DNA of 28,903 nt, from contig CAYUHH010000001.1 in assembly GCA_964444435.1 (NCBI GenBank), forward strand, positions 1 through 28,903, read 5' to 3'. Under the pieces are notes generated by a model, which had not been told where the DNA came from, did no database searches, and was given only the letters and a program-made list of their open reading frames with translations. Below are positions 21,003 through 28,903 of this stretch, one piece after another (the first letter of the stretch is position 1; every line of letters starts with the position of its first letter). A program made the translations under genes and the position numbers. The DNA comes from an uncultured Pseudomonadota bacterium. Lineage in GTDB: Bacteria > Babelota > Babeliae > Babelales > UBA12409.

Positions 21003-23360
21003 TTATGCAGCGACTTTTTTACGGCATGGCTTCATTAATACTTGGTGAATAGCTTCGTTTGCATGGTCTACAAAGATAAGGTCGATTCCTTTGATTAGGT
21101 CTTGAACCATATGTAGATCATTTTTATTTTTTTCAGGTAAGATGACGTGGTCGATTCCATTTCGTTTTGCTGCAAGAATTTTTTCTTTAACGCCACCAAT
21201 TGGCATGACATGACCCTGTAAATCAAGTTCTCCTGTCATGGCAAATTTTGCATTGATTGGTCGATAGGTAAAGACCGAAAGTATTGATGAAAGCATGGTG
21301 ATACCTGCAGATGGTCCATCTTTAGGTGTCGCGCCTGCGGGAACATGAATATGAAGATCATGTGTTTGGAAAAGTGCTGAGTCGATATCAAATTCATCAG
21401 CATGAGCGCGAGCATAACTCAATGCAGCTTGGGCTGATTCTTTCATAACATCGCCCAATTGGCCTGTTAGAATGAGTTTTCCTTTTCCCGGCATTAAAAC
21501 TGCTTCAATTCTAATCATTTCACCGCCATAAGATGTCCACGCGAGGCCATTACAGATTCCTATTTCGTCATGGTGATTTATTTCTTCATCTATAAATTTT
21601 GGGGGCCCAATAAACGTCATAAGATTTGCCAAGTGAAATTCCGGAAGAGGATGACCTTCAACAATTTCACGTGCAGCTTTCGAACAGAGCTTTTGAATTA
21701 AGCGTTCAAGTTGTCTAACCCCTGATTCACGTGTGTGATGACTAATAAGTTCGCTAATGGTTTCATCGGAGATTTTTATTTTATGGTCTTCAAGCCCCGT
21801 AGAATAGAGTGCGCGCTGAACGAGATATTTTTTGGCAATTTCTATTTTTTCTTCTTGTGTATAACCTTCAACCGATATAATTTCCATACGGTCTCTTAGT
21901 GGTTGAGAAATTGTTTCAAGGCTGTTTGCTGTTGCAATAAATATTACTTTTGAAAGATCGAAGGAGACCCCTAAGTAATTATCATAAAAAGCTTTGTTTT
22001 GTTGAGGGTCGAGAACTTCGAGCATTGCGGCAGATGGGTCGCCTCTAAAGTCTGCGCCAATTTTATCAAGTTCATCGATAATGATGACCGGGTTTATACT
22101 GCCAGCTTTTCGAATCGCTTGAATTAATCTCCCTGGCATAGCGCCGACATATGTACGACGATGTCCGCGAATTTCAGATTCATCCTTTACGCCACCCAGT
22201 GATATTCGATGGTAGTTTCTTCCTAATGCTCGAGCAATTGATTGGCCAAGCGATGTTTTGCCAGTTCCTGGAGGACCTACAAAGCAAAGAATTGGTGTAT
22301 TGCCATCCTTTTTTAGATTTCTTACAGAAATGAAGTCAAGAATACGATCTTTAATTTCTTTGAGACCGTAGTGATCATCATTGAGAATTTTTTGTGCGTG
22401 GGGGATATCAAGAATGTCTGGTGTTTCTATCCCCCAAGGCAATGCGAACATCCAGTCTAAGTAATTACGAAGAACAGTTGCTTCCATTGAATCTGGTGCT
22501 GTTTTTTCTAAGCGACTGATTTGACGCTTAACTTCTGCATGAGCTTCTTCGTTAAATGGTGTTGAAATTAGTTTTTCTTTAATTTCATCAACTTCTTCAG
22601 CGTCATCTTCGCCCAGTTCTTTTTTAATTGCACGTAACTGTTCGCGTAGGTAGTATTCTTTTTGTGATTTGTTCATTGATTCGCGCGTATTACTTCTGAT
22701 TTTCTCTTGAACTTCTGAAACGTCCGCTTCTTTTTTTAAGAGTTTATAAACATCTTCTAATAATGCTTGATGACTTTTAATTTCAAGTAATTTTTGTGAT
22801 TGATCAACTGATAGATTAAGATGTGAAATAACAAAGTCTGCGATTTTATCTGGATCAGTCATTTTTGAGAGTAATACAGTAAAATCTGGACTTAATGTTT
22901 GCCCACTTTCACACATTTCTTCTGCTAATTTTTTAATGTTGCGCATGTGTGCTTCGATTTGTTGGTCCTCGTTGTCTTGTGTTGGGTCAAGTTCTTGAAG
23001 GTGTGCAATAAGAATATTGTCTTCCGATGTTATTTCGGATGCTTTTGCTTTTGCAACGCCTTGAACGAGTATTTTTACGCCACCTTCTGGCAGTTGTACC
23101 ACTCTCATGATAGTTGCGATTGTCCCTGTTTCATACAGATCGGTTGTGCTAATCGCGCCATTTTGATTTTCTGATTGATTTTTTGAAGCGATAAGAAAGA
23201 TAAGTTTATTTCCTTCAATTGCCCGATCGATACCTTTGATAATTCTTTCATCAACTACTAGGAGTGGGACAATCATGTGTGGGAAGATAACGACGTCTAT
23301 TGTTGGAATTACCGGTAAGTTTTTTGGTATTTTTTCTAGTCCCTTTTTTCCTATTTCCAT
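21003..23360 (-). CDS. lon: ATP-dependent Lon protease (LonA)
   Basis: LON N-domain, DHYGLKEIKDRI, GPPGTGKTS, RGHRRTYVGAMPG, IDELDK, catalytic PKDGPSAG and GGVKEK. Confidence 0.97.
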   Translation of the reverse strand: MEIGKKGLEKIPKNLPVIPTIDVVIFPHMIVPLLVVDERIIKGIDRAIEGNKLIFLIASKNQSENQNGAISTTDLYETGTIATIMRVVQLPEGGVKILVQGVAKAKASEITSEDNILIAHLQELDPTQDNEDQQIEAHMRNIKKLAEEMCESGQTLSPDFTVLLSKMTDPDKIADFVISHLNLSVDQSQKLLEIKSHQALLEDVYKLLKKEADVSEVQEKIRSNTRESMNKSQKEYYLREQLRAIKKELGEDDAEEVDEIKEKLISTPFNEEAHAEVKRQISRLEKTAPDSMEATVLRNYLDWMFALPWGIETPDILDIPHAQKILNDDHYGLKEIKDRILDFISVRNLKKDGNTPILCFVGPPGTGKTSLGQSIARALGRNYHRISLGGVKDESEIRGHRRTYVGAMPGRLIQAIRKAGSINPVIIIDELDKIGADFRGDPSAAMLEVLDPQQNKAFYDNYLGVSFDLSKVIFIATANSLETISQPLRDRMEIISVEGYTQEEKIEIAKKYLVQRALYSTGLEDHKIKISDETISELISHHTRESGVRQLERLIQKLCSKAAREIVEGHPLPEFHLANLMTFIGPPKFIDEEINHHDEIGICNGLAWTSYGGEMIRIEAVLMPGKGKLILTGQLGDVMKESAQAALSYARAHADEFDIDSALFQTHDLHIHVPAGATPKDGPSAGITMLSSILSVFTYRPINAKFAMTGELDLQGHVMPIGGVKEKILAAKRNGIDHVILPEKNKNDLHMVQDLIKGIDLIFVDHANEAIHQVLMKPCRKKVAA

Positions 23361-23525
23361 AATGCCCCCTCATTTACCCCTCAGAATCTTATTATTATGC
23401 TACTAGTCTAACGGTGCCTGTTTCTTAAAGACAATAATTACACCCTTTGAAGCTTAAGTACGTTGATGTACAAAAGCTTTTTGTTTGGTAAAATTAAGGA
23501 CTAAATTATCTTTAAAGGATTAAAC

Positions 23526-24089
23526 ATGGAATTGTTAAAGCAGTGGCCTTTTCTTGTATGGATTGATCTTGAAATGTCTGGACTTGCTATTCAGCATGAT
23601 AAGATTTTAGAAATTGCATGCATTATTACTGACTCAGATTTAAATGTAATTGCAGCGAAAGAGTCGATTATTATTTATCAAGAGACCGAGTTGTTGGAAG
23701 GTATGGATGAATGGAATACTCATCAACATGCGAAATCTGGTTTGATTGATTCAATTAAAAGGTCTTCCTATACCACTGCGCAGGCAGAACATGAAGTACT
23801 TGCGTTTGTTAAAGAATATTGTGAGCCTCAAACGGCGCCACTATGTGGAAATTCTATTTGGGTTGACCGGCTGTTTTTGAAGACATATATGCCTGTACTT
23901 GAGCAGTATTTGTATTATCGTACTATTGATGTAAGTACAATAAAGCAATTGGTAAATTTTTGGTATGGAAAACCTGATTCACAATTTTTTACAAAAAAAG
24001 ACATGCACAGAGCTCTCGATGATATTCGCGAGTCAATTGAAGAATTAAAATATTATCGTGAAAATTTCTTCATAAAAGTGAAGTTATAA
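23526..24089 (+). CDS. orn: Oligoribonuclease
   Basis: DEDDh motifs WIDLEMSGL, GNSIWVDR, YRTIDVST, HRALDDIRESIEEL. Confidence 0.95.
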   Translation: MELLKQWPFLVWIDLEMSGLAIQHDKILEIACIITDSDLNVIAAKESIIIYQETELLEGMDEWNTHQHAKSGLIDSIKRSSYTTAQAEHEVLAFVKEYCEPQTAPLCGNSIWVDRLFLKTYMPVLEQYLYYRTIDVSTIKQLVNFWYGKPDSQFFTKKDMHRALDDIRESIEELKYYRENFFIKVKL

Positions 24090-24607
24090 TGAAATATAAC
24101 TCTTTAAAATTATTTATCATGGGTCTGGCTTGCGTTTTTTCACTGAACTCTATTTTTGAAGAAAAGTTAGATATTAAGGATGATTTTAGATTGCGCCATT
24201 TACATGTGAGTGATTTTAAAAAGGGTATATGCGAATTGTTAGAGCAATTAACATTTATTGGGGCAGTAGGTACGTCACATTTTGAATCGTTTCGATTTAA
24301 ACTTACCAGGGATCATATAGTTCTTGTTATTGAAGATTTTGATCAACATAAAATTGTGGCAGCAGGGACTTTGTTTATTGAGCCCAAATTAATTCATACA
24401 GGTGGCCGTGTTGGTCATATTGAAGATGTTGTGACGGATGAGGCTATGAGAGGAAAAGGTTTTGGTAAATTAATTATTGCTCGTCTTGAGGCGTATGCCA
24501 ATGCGAGGGGATGTTATAAAACAATTTTAGATTGCAGTGAAAAAAACGTTTCTTTTTATAGAAGTTGTTCGTTTCGTCCTTGTGGTATTGAGATGGAAAA
24601 AAGATAG
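24089..24607 (+). CDS. GNAT acetyltransferase, glucosamine-6-phosphate N-acetyltransferase (GNA1-like), with a signal-peptide-like N-terminus
   Basis: EPKLIHTGGRVGHIEDVVTD..RGKGFGK and CYKTILDCSEKNVSFY match the GNA1 subfamily pattern. TAATG overlap with orn. Confidence 0.85.
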   Translation: MKYNSLKLFIMGLACVFSLNSIFEEKLDIKDDFRLRHLHVSDFKKGICELLEQLTFIGAVGTSHFESFRFKLTRDHIVLVIEDFDQHKIVAAGTLFIEPKLIHTGGRVGHIEDVVTDEAMRGKGFGKLIIARLEAYANARGCYKTILDCSEKNVSFYRSCSFRPCGIEMEKR

Positions 24608-24627
24608 GTCGTTACCTTATGAAATAT

Positions 24628-24636
24628 TGGTATAAT
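24628..24636 (+). promoter_or_regulatory. Possible extended -10 promoter (TGGTATAAT) for the DUF2608 gene
   Basis: TGn-TATAAT in the intergenic region ~115 bp upstream of the ATG; no good -35. Confidence 0.35.
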
Positions 24637-24749
24637 AAATACAATATTATGGGAATTGCTTATTTTAGGTTTAAATGTTTTTTACATAAAAGTTTTTTTC
24701 CATATTAAAGGCGGATGATTATTAACCATTTGAGCGGAGTTTTGGTGTT

Positions 24750-25433
24750 ATGGAAATAAAAAAAATAGCTGATGTGTATAGTTATATTGATCATACGTTG
24801 GACGTTGTTTTTTTTGACATAGATAACACAATCTTAGAAACTGAAGCAGGTCCTAACCTTGTTAGTTGGGCAATAGCGTTAGAAAAGCATATTCGTTCTC
24901 ATCATCAGATGAAAAATCTTTCTGACCATGATTTTTTTATTTATGTGCAGCAGAAAATTGCTGATTTTATTGAGCATATGAAGCCTGCGTTGGTTGAGGA
25001 AGAAGTTTTAGGGGTTATTCATAGTTTAGAACAAAAAAATATTCCTATTATTGGGTTAACAAATAGGCCTTTAAGATCAGTTGAAGTAACTATTCAGCAG
25101 TTGCATCGATTTGGATTGGATTTTTCTTCACATCCGTTTGGGTTGCAGGAATATCATTTTGAAACACAAGATCGTCCGGCTCGATTCAAAAATGGTGTTA
25201 TTGTGGGTAATAGTAATAACAAGGGTTTTTTGATTCGTGAATTTTTGGAAAAAATTCAATTTCGTCCCAAAAAGCTACTTTTTGTTGATGATTCTGAGCA
25301 TTTTATCATTGATGTTGAAAATGTTTTTAAAGAATCTAAGACTGATGTTGTTGCGTTACGGTATGGATTTTTAGATAAGAAGGGCCAGGACTTTTATCTG
25401 ACAACAGAGATGATTCCCGAAGAGTTGCGTTGA
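24750..25433 (+). CDS. DUF2608-family HAD-like hydrolase
   Basis: HAD motifs FFDIDNTIL, IGLTNRP, K in NNKG, FVDDS; C-terminal VALRYGF. Confidence 0.8.
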   Translation: MEIKKIADVYSYIDHTLDVVFFDIDNTILETEAGPNLVSWAIALEKHIRSHHQMKNLSDHDFFIYVQQKIADFIEHMKPALVEEEVLGVIHSLEQKNIPIIGLTNRPLRSVEVTIQQLHRFGLDFSSHPFGLQEYHFETQDRPARFKNGVIVGNSNNKGFLIREFLEKIQFRPKKLLFVDDSEHFIIDVENVFKESKTDVVALRYGFLDKKGQDFYLTTEMIPEELR

Positions 25434-25463
25434 TTATAGAGAGAGTTTTAGATTGTGCGTCCT

Positions 25464-25703
25464 TTAGCAAAGTTCTTTTGTTGAAGGACGTTCGTTTTTG
25501 TGCGGTGTATTTATTTTTATTTGTTTTGGTGGAAGGTTTTTCTTTTTTGTTTGGGTAAGATTGTTCACTTTGATACGTTTTGAATTGTGATAAGTTTTTG
25601 ATTCATAATAAATTTCTTGAATGGTTATTTCATGATATGAAAGATCATAATATTCAAGGGGAGTAATAATCAAAGGGCAAAATACATAAATAATAGAAAA
25701 CAT
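25464..25703 (-). CDS. Small hypothetical protein with hydrophobic N-terminus (79 aa)
   Basis: Start moved to ATG 25703, which has an AAGGTG RBS, because the longer start at 25742 abuts the upstream terminator. No family recognised. Confidence 0.45.
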   Translation of the reverse strand: MFSIIYVFCPLIITPLEYYDLSYHEITIQEIYYESKTYHNSKRIKVNNLTQTKKKNLPPKQIKINTPHKNERPSTKELC

Positions 25704-25758
25704 TGTACACCTTAAAATTTTTATTTTGAGTGTACTCTTCAAAGATTTTTATGCAACG

Positions 25759-25787
25759 AAAAAAGAAGCCCCGGAAGAATCCGGGGC
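25759..25787 (-). terminator. Rho-independent terminator after the DUF378 gene
   Basis: Stem GCCCCGGA/TCCGGGGC (25768-25787) with a 4-nt loop, followed on the minus strand by TTCTTTTTT; 7 nt downstream of the stop. Confidence 0.85.
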
Positions 25788-25794
25788 ACAATTT

Positions 25795-26007
25795 TTACTT
25801 AGAGAACATGCAAGAGAATGCATCAAATAAAGAAAAGAGTCCCGCGATGCCGATTAGAATGTAGACGTAGTTGATAATGGCAGGGAAATTAATTAACATG
25901 GCGAATTTTACAACAAGGTTAATATTAAAGAGGCCAATTATTCCCCAATTTAGGGCGCCAATAGCGCTGAGAAGGAGTGCTAACGCACTTAATTTACTAC
26001 ATATCAT
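25795..26007 (-). CDS. DUF378-family small membrane protein
   Basis: IGALNWGIIGLFNINLV signature, plus a second TM segment YVYILIGIAGLFSL. Confidence 0.88.
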   Translation of the reverse strand: MICSKLSALALLLSAIGALNWGIIGLFNINLVVKFAMLINFPAIINYVYILIGIAGLFSLFDAFSCMFSK

Positions 26008-26219
26008 TATTCGCTCTCCACAGGTTTAATGATTATTTCTTTCTTCGTTTTAGCATGCTTATTTGTTTTTTGCAAATTCTTATTAAAAAGCTTGTGACAC
26101 TTTCATGCAAATCAAAATTAAATAAGAAAACTAGTTGGATGTAGAAGGTCTTTAAGCAAAAAAAGAAGGTGGATCCCTTTACAATAATGGGTGCTTTAAG
26201 TAATTTATTAGATAAGTAA

Positions 26220-27686
<1,467 letters not shown>

Positions 27687-27689
27687 CGT

Positions 27690-27929
27690 ATGAAATTACA
27701 TATCGCTACACCATTGGAAAAACATACAGTTGAAATTGCATGGCTTGAGTTGAATACGCCTGGAGGAAATTTTGTTATTCAACCTGAACATGTGCCGATG
27801 GTTGTCACATTGAGTCCTTTGTCTGAAGTAAGTTATCGTTTGCGTTCGGGCAAGGAAGAAGTAAAAAAGGTTGTTGGTGGTATTGCGCATGTTGAGCGGG
27901 ATCATATTACACTTCTTATAACATCATGA
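27690..27929 (+). CDS. atpC: ATP synthase epsilon subunit, N-terminal beta-sandwich only (79 aa)
   Basis: Follows atpD; LHIATP..., TPGGNFVIQPEHVPMVVTL, VVGGIAHV. It ends before any C-terminal helices. Confidence 0.85.
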   Translation: MKLHIATPLEKHTVEIAWLELNTPGGNFVIQPEHVPMVVTLSPLSEVSYRLRSGKEEVKKVVGGIAHVERDHITLLITS

Positions 27930-28903
27930 AAGAACAGTTAGGTTTTGTTGTTGCAGGTTCTTTAAGTGAAGGTTTTTCTGTCAGAATTAATTCGAATGTT
28001 TCGTTGGAGCATATAAAAACAGGTAAGTTTGTTACAATTGTGGACGAAAAATCTGTTTTTTTTTCATTAATTACCGATCTTAAATTGGAAGTAACGAATC
28101 CTGATATTATTTTATTTCCACCGAATGAAGAACAAAAATTATTAATTAATTCTTTAAAAAAACGACACACATATGTTGTTGCACATGTTAAGCCGATGTT
28201 AATGCTGAATCAATTTAATCAAATTGTCCCTGTCAAAACAATACCGGTTCATTTTAGTTCTGTTTCTGAAGCAAATGAGAAAGATGTGGCTCTTGTTTTT
28301 GGAAAAGAGGAAGAATATGAGTCACGTTATTTTATGATTGGTTCGCCCTTAGATATGGACACACCGGTTTGTATTGATTTAGAACGTTTAACTGAAAGAA
28401 GTAATGGCATTTTTGGAAAAACGGGAACTGGTAAAACATTTTTGACGCGGCTTGTGCTTGCTGGTTTAATTAAGCATCAAAAAGCAGTAACTATTATTTT
28501 TGATATGCATAGTGAATATGGAGTGCAAGCACGGCAAGAAGGAAAAAATAAAAATTTTGTAAAAGGATTGAAAGCACTTTTTCCAGATCGTGTTTCAATT
28601 TTTTCATTGGATCCACATTCAACCCGGCGTCGTGGTAATGCGCCTGATGTAACGATATCAATTCCATATCACGAAATTCATGTTGAAGATATTATTTCAC
28701 TTCAAAGTGAGCTTAATCTGCATGCAACGGCACTTGAAGCAGCGTATTTAATTGTAGCAAAGTATAAAAAACAATGGTTGTCGACATTATTATCTCATGG
28801 AGAAAATTTAAAGGATTTTGCCCAATCAATTGGGGCTCACCCAGAATCGGTTGCGGCTTTGTATCGTAAGCTTAAACGAATTGAAAGATTATCCTTTTTT
28901 GTT
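27926..28903 (+). CDS. herA: HerA/DUF87-family P-loop ATPase with N-terminal HAS barrel (3'-truncated; absent from the ORF track)
   Basis: Hand translation from ATG 27926 (ATGA overlap with the atpC stop) is open for 326 codons. It shows LGFVVAGSLSEGFSVRI (HAS barrel), RSNGIFGKTGTGKT (Walker A) and IIFDMHSEYG (HerA motif). Confidence 0.85.
   Translation, partial: MKEQLGFVVAGSLSEGFSVRINSNVSLEHIKTGKFVTIVDEKSVFFSLITDLKLEVTNPDIILFPPNEEQKLLINSLKKRHTYVVAHVKPMLMLNQFNQIVPVKTIPVHFSSVSEANEKDVALVFGKEEEYESRYFMIGSPLDMDTPVCIDLERLTERSNGIFGKTGTGKTFLTRLVLAGLIKHQKAVTIIFDMHSEYGVQARQEGKNKNFVKGLKALFPDRVSIFSLDPHSTRRRGNAPDVTISIPYHEIHVEDIISLQSELNLHATALEAAYLIVAKYKKQWLSTLLSHGENLKDFAQSIGAHPESVAALYRKLKRIERLSFFV

Overview
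AT-rich bacterial DNA with about 20 CDSs and no rRNA, tRNA, CRISPR array or recognisable mobile element. The gene content points to an intracellular protist-associated bacterium, most likely Dependentiae/Babeliota (TM6); this is inference, based on a DUF2608 HAD protein, a Cys-rich ~550-aa Phe-terminated beta-barrel, many 'MKK...' signal-peptide orphans and a split atp operon. Housekeeping-type genes: gspD (partial), gspC, moxR, galE, a PfkB kinase, lon, orn, a GNA1-like GNAT, DUF2608, DUF378, atpD, a short atpC and a HerA-type ATPase (partial). The centre of the window (~4.5-19.7 kb) is a block of exported orphan proteins. It is dominated by a ~3095-aa signal-peptide protein built from ~10 alternating A/B beta-rich subrepeats of ~200 aa with co-varying Cys pairs. 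That protein also carries two 873-bp perfectly identical DNA blocks, an acidic loop matching eukaryotic clathrin-adaptor sorting motifs, a duplicated C-terminal beta/helical-hairpin module and an 11-mer amphipathic tail. It is followed by a helical partner gene and faces three more secreted orphans across a bidirectional terminator. This cassette, lying next to T2SS gspC/gspD, is the best candidate for an undescribed host-interaction or lipid-handling system.
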